DNA from: Rhodospirillaceae bacterium
GTDB lineage: Bacteria; Pseudomonadota; Alphaproteobacteria; Rhodospirillales; Rhodospirillaceae
Length of the DNA: 64,000 nucleotides
Direction: 5' to 3'
NCBI GenBank assembly: GCA_028822445.1
Contig: JAPKDQ010000009.1
Coordinates: forward strand, 6,501-70,500
How positions within the stretch are numbered: position 1 is the first letter of the stretch; each line of letters opens with the position of its first letter. A program made the translations under genes and the position numbers. The notes below the pieces were generated by a model. The model had not been told where the DNA came from and searched no databases. It saw only the letters and a program-made list of their open reading frames with translations. Shown piece by piece: positions 45,607-55,476 of the stretch.

Positions 45607-46140
45607 ATGGTATTTAAAATCAACGTTCGGGTGATTGTTTCTGTTTTAGTCTTTTTAGGCATTCCCCTTGGGCTATCTGCAGAGGAAGAAAATAACGAAA
45701 TTCCTCTGGCGCGGGAGGCGGACGCAGAAAAGATTTGGGCGCAAGAATTGCATATCTATGAGATGCGCAGTGGCGGTGACATGGGCTACTACCTGTCTCT
45801 CGCCAGTCCGGGCTACATGGCTTGGCCAGCACCAGCTGAAGCACCTCTTAATTTTAAGAAGTTATCAGAGCGTATCGGCGGTGGTCAGCTAATGGAAGCG
45901 GGAGAGCTTATCACTGTCTCTAAAAAAGGCTTGTCGTTCGATGGGGATACTGCACTAGCATTTTTCGAAACACACCGGACGCAAAGGGCAGGCGGCAAAG
46001 CGGTCGACGAGCGCTTCGAGAATATCCATGTCTGGGTGAAGCGTGATGAAGAGTGGCGTTTGATCGCTAATATGTCGCGCGCTGTTGCCGAAAATCGCGA
46101 GAGACTGGGCAACACCACTATAAATCATGATACGGACTAA
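45607..46140 (+). CDS. Secreted DUF4440/SnoaL-like (NTF2-fold) protein
   Basis: Signal-like N-terminus. Aligns with 40371-40838 (EKIWAQELHIYEM / KKIVWAKEQAIYKA; ENIHVWVKRDEEWRLIANMS / HTIHVWVKDTDGDWKIMGAMA). Confidence 0.6.
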   Translation: MVFKINVRVIVSVLVFLGIPLGLSAEEENNEIPLAREADAEKIWAQELHIYEMRSGGDMGYYLSLASPGYMAWPAPAEAPLNFKKLSERIGGGQLMEAGELITVSKKGLSFDGDTALAFFETHRTQRAGGKAVDERFENIHVWVKRDEEWRLIANMSRAVAENRERLGNTTINHDTD

Positions 46141-46196
46141 TCAGCATGCCGTATAAGCGGCGTGACTAGTAACCCTCTCTAAGGCCCATTCAATTC

Positions 46197-47390
46197 ATGT
46201 TCGTCCTATATCTTGTTGTCTTTATTGGCCTGACTGGGGTTGGCATCATAGTTCCATTGTTTCCATTTTTTGGGGAGCAAGTTGGTGCGTCTCCTGCTGA
46301 GATCACTATGCTCATGGCAGTTTTCGCATTAGGGCAATTTATAGCGGCACCTTTTTGGGGGCGGTGGAGTGACCGCGTCGGTCGAAAGCCTATCTTCATC
46401 ATTACTCTGGCGGGATCTGCGGTTGCTTATGTCTTGTTGGGATTGGCGGAGACAGTCCCTGAGCTTTTGTTCTCGCGCCTCGTCGGTGGCCTCATGGCGG
46501 GTAATATTCCTGTCGCTTTTGCAGCTGCCGCAGACGTCACGTCTGGTAAAGACCGGTCTATGATTATGGGGCGTGTAGGGGCTGCATTTTCTCTTGGTTT
46601 TATTTTTGGTCCGGCCATTGGTGGTCTGCTGGCTGGGCCTGCGCCAACAGCGGAAGATTTTCTGTTGATCGCACTTTTGGCAGCAGGGCTATGCCTTTTT
46701 GCCGTTTTGGTGACGGTTTTCTTGTTCAAAGAAACCCACCCGGTCTCCAATAGGAGCGCTAAACCTGTTTCTATGCGTTTAATTTCTTTGAAAGGGGTTG
46801 CTCGTTATCTCACATGGCCGGTACTGGGTGCGCTTATTGGTGTGAATTTCATATTCGTTGCGGGCAGTTCCATGATGGATTCAACATTCGCTCTATATGC
46901 ATCAAAGGAACATGACTTCGGTCCCACTGATATTGGCTTCTTATTCACCTATATGGGCGTGATTATGGCCACCGTTCAGGGTGGTGCAATTGGGCCTCTC
47001 ACTAAGCGCTTTGGTGATGCCCCTGTCCTGAGGCTAGGGATTCTTTTCTATATTACTGGTCTCGGCTTCATGATTGTCGCGTCTGGCCTGTATTCCGTCC
47101 TTTTGGCTCTAACTTTTATAACCGTTGGAGTTGCGCTGTTCGTTCCTGCATCTTCAAGTCTGGCATCGCAGCATGCACCTGGTTCAGAGCAAGGCGCAGC
47201 TCTTGGCGCATTTCAGGCGGCCGGGAACCTAGGCCGAGTATTAACACCCACAGTATCTGGTATGATATTTTCTACCTATGGCACAGCCGCGCCGTTTATG
47301 GTCGCTATTGCGCTTATGTTGCCCACATTTTTTCTTGTTCGTATAGCTATTGCTCAAAGCAACTTGATTAAAACCGAGTCCGCGCTCTAA
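46197..47390 (+). CDS. MFS transporter (drug:H+ antiporter/TCR-like)
   Basis: 397 aa, 12 TM helices. GRWSDRVGRKP signature after TM2. Confidence 0.85.
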   Translation: MFVLYLVVFIGLTGVGIIVPLFPFFGEQVGASPAEITMLMAVFALGQFIAAPFWGRWSDRVGRKPIFIITLAGSAVAYVLLGLAETVPELLFSRLVGGLMAGNIPVAFAAAADVTSGKDRSMIMGRVGAAFSLGFIFGPAIGGLLAGPAPTAEDFLLIALLAAGLCLFAVLVTVFLFKETHPVSNRSAKPVSMRLISLKGVARYLTWPVLGALIGVNFIFVAGSSMMDSTFALYASKEHDFGPTDIGFLFTYMGVIMATVQGGAIGPLTKRFGDAPVLRLGILFYITGLGFMIVASGLYSVLLALTFITVGVALFVPASSSLASQHAPGSEQGAALGAFQAAGNLGRVLTPTVSGMIFSTYGTAAPFMVAIALMLPTFFLVRIAIAQSNLIKTESAL

Positions 47391-47424
47391 CGTCTTTCCT
47401 CGTTTGAGAATTCTGGAGACCCTT

Positions 47425-48861
47425 ATGGTTCAATCTTCACATCCATTGCCTCGGCGCGCAGTTATTGCAGGTGCAGCATCTGCCGCTGCATTAGCGCCCC
47501 GCCCTCTTCATGCTGCTACGGAAAGTGACGTGGTTATAATAGGTGCAGGGCTTTCTGGTTTGTACGCAGCGATGTTGTTGGAAGAATCAGGGTATTCCGT
47601 AACCGTCATTGAGGGGCGGAACCGGATTGGCGGCCGACTTTATACGCTGAGTGACTTGCCTGGGAATCCAGAAGCCGGAGGAAACTCTATTCTTGGCGGG
47701 TACGGACGCATGCGAGACATGTGCGATCGCTTAAACGTGCCGTTGATGAACTACAAAACGCGCGGTGCGATGTCTAAACCTGAAATAGCGCTGAATGGAT
47801 CGGTCATACCAAAGAAAGACTGGCCATCTCATCCACTCAACAAGATGCCCGAAGGCTCGCGGGAGCTTAGCCCAAGTGGTTTTATGTGGGGCGTAATTGC
47901 ACGGAACAACCCACTCGAATCATTTGAAGATTGGTATGACCCGAAGTCATGGAAGTATGATGGCCCCGTTTACGGACTGCTGCGCAATTTGGGATGGTCA
48001 GAAGAAACGATCGCTTTGGTCAACGATACCAATCCCCAATACGGCACATCGGCCCACGATACGTCGTTGCTGATGTGGTACTTTATTCAGAAATGGTTTG
48101 CGACACAGGACGAGATTGAACCCGTTTCCTTGTCTGCGATCGGCGGCAATCAACGTATTCCTGAAGCAATGGCGAATACCCTTAAGTCTGATATTCACTT
48201 AGGTAAGACCGTAGTCGGCGTTAGAAGTGAAGCGTCGCACGCAGAAGTCCATTGTGATGATGGAAGTGTTTACAAAGGCAAACGCGTTATTTGTTCTACG
48301 CCTTTGCCACCGCTGCGGTGGGTGAAGTTCGACCCTGTTCTTCCTGCTACAAAACGATCGGCCATACTGAATATTGGCCAGATGCTGATTACCCAGGTCC
48401 ACATCATTCCCAAGGAACCTTTTTGGGAAGAAGATGGCTTAGACCCATCGATGTGGACGGATACGCCTGCTGGCGTTGTGACGGCGCAGCGCTTCGGTGA
48501 AACTGATGATGAAGTCACTAACTTCTTGTGTTGGGGCCGCGCCCATATTGCTCAGTATTTGGATATCTTGGGCGAGGAAGAGGCAAAGGCGCGCGTGGTC
48601 AAAGAGATTGAGACCCTTCGTCCTGCTGCTAAGGGCAAGATAGAGGCAGCGGGTTTTAAATCCTGGCAGTTGGACCCATTCTCTGGCGGAGACTGGGTTG
48701 TCTGGGCCCCCGGCCAAATTGCCACGCATTTGCTTGATGTTGGCCAGCCTGAAGGGCGTATTCACTTCTGCGGCGAGCATACGGCCTTGTCGAATCGCGG
48801 CATGGAAGGAGCGATGGAGTCCGGTGAGCGCGCTGCATTCGAGGTGCTTGATACCCTCTAG
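47425..48861 (+). CDS. Flavin-dependent amine oxidase family protein with Tat-like signal
   Basis: VVIIGAGLSGLYAAMLLEESGYSVTVIEGRNRIGGR dinucleotide motif. N-terminal PRRAVIAGAASAAALAP. ATG 47425 with GGAGA 5 nt upstream. Confidence 0.85.
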   Translation: MVQSSHPLPRRAVIAGAASAAALAPRPLHAATESDVVIIGAGLSGLYAAMLLEESGYSVTVIEGRNRIGGRLYTLSDLPGNPEAGGNSILGGYGRMRDMCDRLNVPLMNYKTRGAMSKPEIALNGSVIPKKDWPSHPLNKMPEGSRELSPSGFMWGVIARNNPLESFEDWYDPKSWKYDGPVYGLLRNLGWSEETIALVNDTNPQYGTSAHDTSLLMWYFIQKWFATQDEIEPVSLSAIGGNQRIPEAMANTLKSDIHLGKTVVGVRSEASHAEVHCDDGSVYKGKRVICSTPLPPLRWVKFDPVLPATKRSAILNIGQMLITQVHIIPKEPFWEEDGLDPSMWTDTPAGVVTAQRFGETDDEVTNFLCWGRAHIAQYLDILGEEEAKARVVKEIETLRPAAKGKIEAAGFKSWQLDPFSGGDWVVWAPGQIATHLLDVGQPEGRIHFCGEHTALSNRGMEGAMESGERAAFEVLDTL

Positions 48862-48878
48862 TGTCTGTGGACATGAAA

Positions 48879-48916
48879 TAAAAAAAGGGCGGCTCGTTTG
48901 AGCCGCCCTTTCTTTT
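48879..48916. terminator. Bidirectional rho-independent terminator
   Basis: 11-bp perfect stem AAGGGCGGCTC / GAGCCGCCCTT with GTTT loop, flanked by an A-run upstream and TCTTTTG downstream. Sits between the convergent amine oxidase and TonB-receptor genes. Confidence 0.8.
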
Positions 48917-48933
48917 GTTCGCCGTCTTTTCGA

Positions 48934-51447
48934 TTAGAAAGTAATGGAAGACCGAAGGCCAACGGTGCGTCTGTCTTGAGGTAGCAAGATCACACCCAGC
49001 TTATTAAAGTCGAAAATTCCTGGTGCATCGATAAGCGAGAAATCTGTGAACTCCTGACCACCGCGCCAGCTGTCTTCGTTAAACAGATTCTTGACGTAGA
49101 ATTCGACCCTAAGATTTTCCCGTTGAATGCCCATGCGGGTATTGACGAGGAAGTAGGATTCTAGGTACGCCAAGTTAGTGATCCCGACCAAAGACTTACC
49201 CATATAGGTGATGTCGCCACGTGCGAACCACTCCCAATCTCCGGTTAGTGGTGCCGTGTATGAGCTCGAGAAGTTGCCGGACCATTTTGGGAACCTGCCG
49301 GCACGGTTGCCGTCGACAGTTGTAGTGCCAAGTACGGCCTGCTGGGATGAGGTGGCCGTGGTGAATGTCGTAAACTCATTTTCGTTAAACGTAAGGTTCA
49401 AGTTTGCGGACCATTCATCGCTAATCTGGAATGCTGATTCAATTTCCAGCCCATAGTACTTGGAGCTTCCTGATGTCGCTGCGCTATCAAAGTTTGGATT
49501 AACGTTTGGCACGCCGTCTTGGTTGTCATCACGGTAGATTGTGATGAAGGATGAGGAGGGTGAGTTCTTCCACTCTTGAATATAAGCAGCAACGTTTAAG
49601 AGCAAGCGTCCATCCATCCAGGTGGATTTCATGCCGGCTTCGAGAGAATCTAGTTTCTGGTCAGCCGTCAGGAGCGAATACTTGTCACCTAATGCAGATT
49701 TAAACTGCTCACATTCCGACTGAGTGCTCGGCAGACCGGTTCGTGGGTCGGTAAACGGGACCGTGTAAACAATGGTCTGACAGTTAACCAAGTTGGAATT
49801 GATCACACCCGGCAGAATTCCGCGTGATGCTGTCGCATAGACCTTGACGTCGTCTGCGACCTCATAGCTTGCGGAGACGCGGGGAAGCCAGTTCTTAAAC
49901 GTGTTGAAGAATGTTCCAACGCCATCACCGCGTTCGTCTTGTTGGTAGCGCATTTCAACATCGAGGGTGAATTGCTCGGTTATGTCATACGACACCGAAC
50001 CATAGACCCCCCATACGTCAACGGTATCGCCACCGTCGACACTAACGGGGAAGAATCCAGGGCTGTCACAGTTGCTACCGATACCGAACAATGCACCGAA
50101 GTTCGCACACGTGAATACGAGTGTGCCTCCGCCAGCACTGGTGAGGTAATCCTGATTGTAGTAGTTGGCACCGGCCACCCAGCGCAAACGTCCCTCACTG
50201 GAAGATGCGGCGCGTATGTCGACACCGTAGTCTTCGCCAGCCTGCGGATTGGTCACGTACCAAGCTTCCACATCTGTCATGTCCCAATCGCGGAGACCGT
50301 TTGAGGCGTTTTCGTTGTAGGAGGCTGTGCCTGTGATGACGACGCCGTTATCCATTTCGTAATCACCGGTCAGGCTTAACCGCTTGATCTCACGGACCAG
50401 ACCAAACCCATCGATCTGAGGAACACCGGGAACCTGCCCGCCATTCAGAAGGCGGTCGGCAACGATATTTGGGCCTGTTGTAGCCAGAATTTGTGGGAAT
50501 AAGCTGCCGTTGCTAGTGACTAACGGTGCACCTTTGTCTCCAGGACCGGGTAACTTTCCGCACTTGAACAGCGTCGGATTTAATGTAATCGGGTTACGAT
50601 CACTATCCAAGCCGGGTTGACTCAGGCCGGAACAGGAGTCGTTCAAGCGACCTTTCAGGAAAGCAACAGCTTCTGGGCCATCGCTGTCCTCTTGGTAGAA
50701 CGCCCTTAACTTCAGTGTGAAATTCTCTGATGGTTGGGCATATAGCTGGGCGCTAATTGAGTCTGAACCTTGCTCACCAAGATTTGTTCCGTCCGTTGCA
50801 GTGTAATAGCTTCCCCTTTGATAAAGGCGGCCGGCGACACGAAACGCCAATTTGTTTTCAATCAGTGGGCCTTCGAAGCTCGTTTGAACTTCAAAGTTAC
50901 CGTGGGTCCCGGCATCGAACATCACTTTACCGGAATATTCATCAAGGCTGGGGGTTGAGGTAATGTAGTTGATTGCTCCAGCAAAGGAGTTGCGGGAGAA
51001 CGTGGCCGACTGTGGGCCTTTAATAATTTCAACGCGCTCGAGGTCCATCAGGGCGATCGATTGTGCGCCCTGCAAGGCAAACACACCATCGATGAACAAA
51101 GACGCGGTTTGCAGTGTTGAGAACTCAGACCCTTCAACACCACGGAAGCGAATATTGGCGTTTAAGCGGCCTGGGCGGTTTCCGGCCAAGTCGTTGTTGA
51201 ACTGCATCCCCGTGGTTTGCATCGAGATATCTTCGAGGTTCTTGAAGCCTGCTCGGTCAATTTGGTCCGCGGTGAATGCCGTTATTGAAAGTGGAACGTC
51301 TTGAAGACTTTCAGCTCTCCTACGCGCGGTGACTACGATTTCCTCTAGCGCTATGGTCTGCGCCTGAGTTGTATTGAATGACATATCCGGTGCAATTACG
51401 AAGGCGGTAAAAGCGGCAACCGACGTCGCAAGGTATTTTTTGAGCAT
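48934..51447 (-). CDS. TonB-dependent outer-membrane receptor
   Basis: Signal peptide, plug region EEIVVTARRRAESLQDVPLSITAF, 837 aa, C-terminal aromatic residue (..SSITF). Confidence 0.9.
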   Translation of the reverse strand: MLKKYLATSVAAFTAFVIAPDMSFNTTQAQTIALEEIVVTARRRAESLQDVPLSITAFTADQIDRAGFKNLEDISMQTTGMQFNNDLAGNRPGRLNANIRFRGVEGSEFSTLQTASLFIDGVFALQGAQSIALMDLERVEIIKGPQSATFSRNSFAGAINYITSTPSLDEYSGKVMFDAGTHGNFEVQTSFEGPLIENKLAFRVAGRLYQRGSYYTATDGTNLGEQGSDSISAQLYAQPSENFTLKLRAFYQEDSDGPEAVAFLKGRLNDSCSGLSQPGLDSDRNPITLNPTLFKCGKLPGPGDKGAPLVTSNGSLFPQILATTGPNIVADRLLNGGQVPGVPQIDGFGLVREIKRLSLTGDYEMDNGVVITGTASYNENASNGLRDWDMTDVEAWYVTNPQAGEDYGVDIRAASSSEGRLRWVAGANYYNQDYLTSAGGGTLVFTCANFGALFGIGSNCDSPGFFPVSVDGGDTVDVWGVYGSVSYDITEQFTLDVEMRYQQDERGDGVGTFFNTFKNWLPRVSASYEVADDVKVYATASRGILPGVINSNLVNCQTIVYTVPFTDPRTGLPSTQSECEQFKSALGDKYSLLTADQKLDSLEAGMKSTWMDGRLLLNVAAYIQEWKNSPSSSFITIYRDDNQDGVPNVNPNFDSAATSGSSKYYGLEIESAFQISDEWSANLNLTFNENEFTTFTTATSSQQAVLGTTTVDGNRAGRFPKWSGNFSSSYTAPLTGDWEWFARGDITYMGKSLVGITNLAYLESYFLVNTRMGIQRENLRVEFYVKNLFNEDSWRGGQEFTDFSLIDAPGIFDFNKLGVILLPQDRRTVGLRSSITF

Positions 51448-51588
51448 GGCGTTTCCCCAAGAGATAACATTAAGCTTTAAAATATTGATCGTACTTTCGC
51501 CCTAAACTTCAACAAAATCAAAGTTAAACTAGTGTTTTCTTTTAGTAAAAAGTTTATGTGACATTAATAACACATTTTTTCTAAAAAC

Positions 51589-53034
51589 TTATAAACCCAG
51601 AACGCCTGGGTTAATAAGTTTGTCTGGATCTAGAGTTTTCTTAATGTTCTGGAGTAATGAGATGGTCTCGTTATTTGTGACTGAGGCGTAAGAATAGAAT
51701 CGGCCGTACTGCATATGGGCGGCACCCAGATCATCCATCATAGATGAAAATGCGTTCCGAATGAGCCGAATACGTTCATCTCGACGCTCTGCTTTGGCGT
51801 CTTCATCTGCGGGGTTTTCCACCTGAACCATGCCGTTGTGATGTAGTTTTTTGGCCTGGCCGCGCCAATACAACACCGGTTCCACCATCATCGCCGGTCC
51901 AGCGCAGGCGAAGGAAAGGGAGGCGTCTATGTCCAATGAGGCCATGTCTGGGAAGTGATCTTTTAAAACCGTCATGAAGCCATCGTAGGCATCGGTTACA
52001 CGGCCCAGCGGGAAAACGCCGTGGGTCCAGATTTGCATCCGGCCCTTTGCGTCTAGCGGAGACTGAACGAAACTGAACGGATTTCCGCGAATGAAATTGG
52101 GTACGACGGGATCAATTGCAGTCCCTTCCGGTCCCACGATTTCAACGATGGCTGCTAAATGAGCATCAGCGATCCCTTGCGTCCAGCCTTCACACACAAC
52201 ATGAAGTGTTGGGTTGCTTAACTTCTCGTCTCCAAGTGGGGCAGGTCCGACACCGAGGCATTCGGATGCGAGACCGGATTTTCCAATTGCCCGGATGGCT
52301 GTGATAAGCGTATTGAAAGATTCAAAAGAAAACGATGCGGCAGATTGCCCGTCTGGGATTTTCTCGAGGCGGAGTGTGGCGGTAATTTTGACGCCGAGGG
52401 CGCCAGCGTCATTGAGAAATAGGCCCGTCAGATCAGGGCCATTATTGCGGAAAAAGGGTACAGAGTTCTTGGTGGCACCTGTTCCGGTCACTATGACTAT
52501 GCCTTTGGCAGACACCACTTCAAGCCCCAACACGGCATCAGCTGCGGTGCCATTTTTTGCCGACCCGAAGAACATGCAGTTATTGGAAAGGCTGCCACCA
52601 ACCGTTGAATAGCGGCCTGTCGTTGGGCCGGACATTGTGGCGCGCAAGCCATGTTCGGAGGTGGCGGCCATCATGGCTTCCCATGTGCACCCAGCCTCAA
52701 CTGTGACAGTCATATTATCTGGATTAACGTCGAGAATGCGATTGAGCCGCCGCGTATCTAGTACTACTGCGGGAACGGCGGTCGCCTCACTTTGTACATA
52801 ACCTCCTGTGTAGGAGAGGCCACCACCCCTTGGCAGCAACGCTATGCCAACGTTAGTGCAGGCTCTGATCGCTTCACATGTCTCTTCCTTTGAAGCTGGT
52901 GCGATGACCCCAAGAGGCGCTGGCCCTGAGAAGAATAAATCCTCCGCGAATTGGTCACGAGTCTCAACGTCTGTGTGGACGTGTTCACTACCGAGTATGG
53001 ACTCTAGGTCGGCGATGACTTTCTCTGCTTCCAT
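51589..53034 (-). CDS. FAD-binding oxidoreductase (PCMH / FAD_binding_4 type)
   Basis: PRGGGLSYT, TVEAGCTWEAM and FFRNNGPDLTGLF. Paralogue of 24993-26582. ATG 53034 preferred over TTG 53094. Confidence 0.85.
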   Translation of the reverse strand: MEAEKVIADLESILGSEHVHTDVETRDQFAEDLFFSGPAPLGVIAPASKEETCEAIRACTNVGIALLPRGGGLSYTGGYVQSEATAVPAVVLDTRRLNRILDVNPDNMTVTVEAGCTWEAMMAATSEHGLRATMSGPTTGRYSTVGGSLSNNCMFFGSAKNGTAADAVLGLEVVSAKGIVIVTGTGATKNSVPFFRNNGPDLTGLFLNDAGALGVKITATLRLEKIPDGQSAASFSFESFNTLITAIRAIGKSGLASECLGVGPAPLGDEKLSNPTLHVVCEGWTQGIADAHLAAIVEIVGPEGTAIDPVVPNFIRGNPFSFVQSPLDAKGRMQIWTHGVFPLGRVTDAYDGFMTVLKDHFPDMASLDIDASLSFACAGPAMMVEPVLYWRGQAKKLHHNGMVQVENPADEDAKAERRDERIRLIRNAFSSMMDDLGAAHMQYGRFYSYASVTNNETISLLQNIKKTLDPDKLINPGVLGL

Positions 53035-53113
53035 AGGTTTTAATCCAGCAATATAATTTAAAGTGTGGGGTGACACACCCTGCCACGAAAACAACGACGG
53101 AGCACCCAGCCAA

Positions 53114-54097
53114 ATGAAAGTTGCGCGCTATACCCGCACCGGAACTCCAACTGACGTGATCGAGATTGTCGACGAAGACACGCCAGCACCCCAAGCTAAT
53201 GAAGTGACGATCCGAATGGAGGCGGCGCCGGTCCATCTTGCGGATTTGTACTGCATGGCCGGGAAAGAACGATTTAACCTTCCATTGCCTGCGACTCCTG
53301 GGTTTGAGGGTGTGGGGCGTATTAGTGCCCTCGGGTCGGATGTTGCTGATTGGTCAGTCGGTGATCGTGTGTTTCCCCCGTTGGCTTCTGGTACGTGGAG
53401 AACGGAGCTAACGGTAAGCGTGGCGGAATTACTTCCCGCGCCAACTGGAGATGCGGTGCAGTTGTCTCTTCTGCCAATTAATCCGCCAACCTCGTATCTC
53501 ATTCTAGAAGACTACGGCGACCTACAAGAGGGCGATTGGATTATCCAGAATGCCGCTAACTCGAATTGTGGACGGTATTTAATCGAGTTGGCTAAGCTGC
53601 GCGGTATCAAGACTATAAATGTTGTTCGCCGTCCGGAGCTTGTTGATGAGTTGAAGGCGCTCGGTGGGGATATTGTTATGGTTGACGGGGATGATTTGTC
53701 TGATCGCGTTTTAAAAGAAACGGGTGGCGTGCCGGCTAAGCTCGGTGTTGATGCGGTTAATGGAATGGCAACGGCGCGCATTGCGTCTTGTCTGGCTGAT
53801 GGCAGTACGGTCTTGGCTTACGGTATGTTAACCGATGAGCCCTGTATGATTCCCTCTGATGTCGCCTTTCTTCGAGATATACGTCTCGAAGGTTTTTATA
53901 CGGTTCGCCAGTTTAGTAAGCGCACGCCGGAAGCCGTGCGAGGCATTTACACTGAATTGGCTCGGTTATTTGAGGCCGGGAAACTGACTGCTAAGATTGC
54001 TGCCACCTACGCACTCGATGATATTAAAGAAGCGGTTGCCCACGCTGGCCGCCGTGGCGCGGATAGAGATGGCAAGATCATTCTGACAATGGAGTAG
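53114..54097 (+). CDS. Medium-chain dehydrogenase/reductase (quinone oxidoreductase / enoyl reductase-like)
   Basis: GroES-like N-terminus (PGFEGVGRISALG) and a Rossmann region (IIQNAANSNCGRYLIELAKLRGIKTINVVRR). ATG 53114. Confidence 0.85.
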   Translation: MKVARYTRTGTPTDVIEIVDEDTPAPQANEVTIRMEAAPVHLADLYCMAGKERFNLPLPATPGFEGVGRISALGSDVADWSVGDRVFPPLASGTWRTELTVSVAELLPAPTGDAVQLSLLPINPPTSYLILEDYGDLQEGDWIIQNAANSNCGRYLIELAKLRGIKTINVVRRPELVDELKALGGDIVMVDGDDLSDRVLKETGGVPAKLGVDAVNGMATARIASCLADGSTVLAYGMLTDEPCMIPSDVAFLRDIRLEGFYTVRQFSKRTPEAVRGIYTELARLFEAGKLTAKIAATYALDDIKEAVAHAGRRGADRDGKIILTME

Positions 54098-54102
54098 TAG
54101 AA

Positions 54103-55437
54103 ATGAACTGGTATCTCAAACTCTTATGTCTAACGGTAGTCATCGCAAGCACCGCGGTTTTCAATATTGAATATGTCGCCGCCCAATCGGTTCTTATTAA
54201 AAACATAACCCTTATTGATGGGACGGGCGCGGCTCCAGTAGTGGGTGTGTCTGTTCTCGTCGAAGGTGGCCGGTTCTCCAAAATATCGACAAATGTTGTC
54301 GCGGCTCCGGAGGGTATTGCGGTCGTCGACGGCACGGGTAAATTTCTAATACCGGGTATTATTGATAGCCATATTCATTTGCCCGGTGGACGTGCTGGCG
54401 TTGGTAACCGTCAAATGCTGATCAACCGACCTGTCGCCTTAAAGTCATTGGCATCATACCTCTACTCTGGGGTCACAGCCGTTTATGATTCGGGCAACAA
54501 CGCTGAATTTATTTATGGAATACGAGAGGATGAGCGTGCAGGCCGCGTGCTTGCCCCGCGTATTTACGCGACCATAAGTCTGATTGCGCCACCCGATGGA
54601 CATGGGTGCTGTGCTGGGGGCACTGTCGTTTACGACTACGAGGACGGCGTAAAGAAACTTGATGCCCTGTTTAAAATGAAGCCGGATTTGCTCAAGTTCA
54701 CGCGTGAACGCCGCGGCATGGGGCCCGTTGGCCGGGATATCCCTCTGCTTGAAACTGGTTTGATGAATAAGCTTGTCGCTTATGCACACCAGGAGGGGAT
54801 TAGAACAACAGTTCACGTGTCTGAAGTTGAGTTGGCCCGTGAAGCCATTGAGGCGGGCACTGACGCCTTTGCTCATACTGTTTATCTCGATGACGCCAAT
54901 GCAGATTTTGCTGCACTCATCGCGGAGAAGGGTATCATTCTTTCAACCACGATGACGCGTATTGAGGCGGACACTACATTCCTTGATGAGCCGATTTATG
55001 TAGCGACTATCCCAGAGGAAACCCGAAACAAAATTCGGGCGAGTGAGCGCTTCAATGGTTCGCCTTACACGGGTTGGCTGAGTTCGTTGCGTCCGGCTAT
55101 CATGAACAACATTAAAGTGTTGCATGAAGCTGGCGTTATTCTTGCGATGGGGACTGATCGGTCCTTGGGGCCGCTTCCCCATCAGGAACTTGAGGTGATT
55201 GTTGAATCTGGGATTACACCACTTGATGCGATTCGAATAGGGACGCTAAACGCTGCCGCCTACATAGGCGTGGATGATGAGATCGGGTCCATCGAGGAAG
55301 GAAAGCTTGCAGATATGCTTTTGCTTGAGGCCGACCCAAGCGCGGATATCAGAAACACGACGCTGATCCATTCAGTCTATAAGGGTGGCGTTTGGATCGA
55401 CCGCGCCGCTTTAGACGTTCCCGCAAACCTTCGTTGA
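54103..55437 (+). CDS. Secreted amidohydrolase-family metallohydrolase
   Basis: Signal peptide. PGIIDSHIHL (HxH) and later HV / H..Y / GTD metal-ligand motifs. Confidence 0.85.
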   Translation: MNWYLKLLCLTVVIASTAVFNIEYVAAQSVLIKNITLIDGTGAAPVVGVSVLVEGGRFSKISTNVVAAPEGIAVVDGTGKFLIPGIIDSHIHLPGGRAGVGNRQMLINRPVALKSLASYLYSGVTAVYDSGNNAEFIYGIREDERAGRVLAPRIYATISLIAPPDGHGCCAGGTVVYDYEDGVKKLDALFKMKPDLLKFTRERRGMGPVGRDIPLLETGLMNKLVAYAHQEGIRTTVHVSEVELAREAIEAGTDAFAHTVYLDDANADFAALIAEKGIILSTTMTRIEADTTFLDEPIYVATIPEETRNKIRASERFNGSPYTGWLSSLRPAIMNNIKVLHEAGVILAMGTDRSLGPLPHQELEVIVESGITPLDAIRIGTLNAAAYIGVDDEIGSIEEGKLADMLLLEADPSADIRNTTLIHSVYKGGVWIDRAALDVPANLR

Positions 55438-55476
55438 CTTTTGGCTGCGTCGTTCGATGTAAATTTTGGCGACGGC

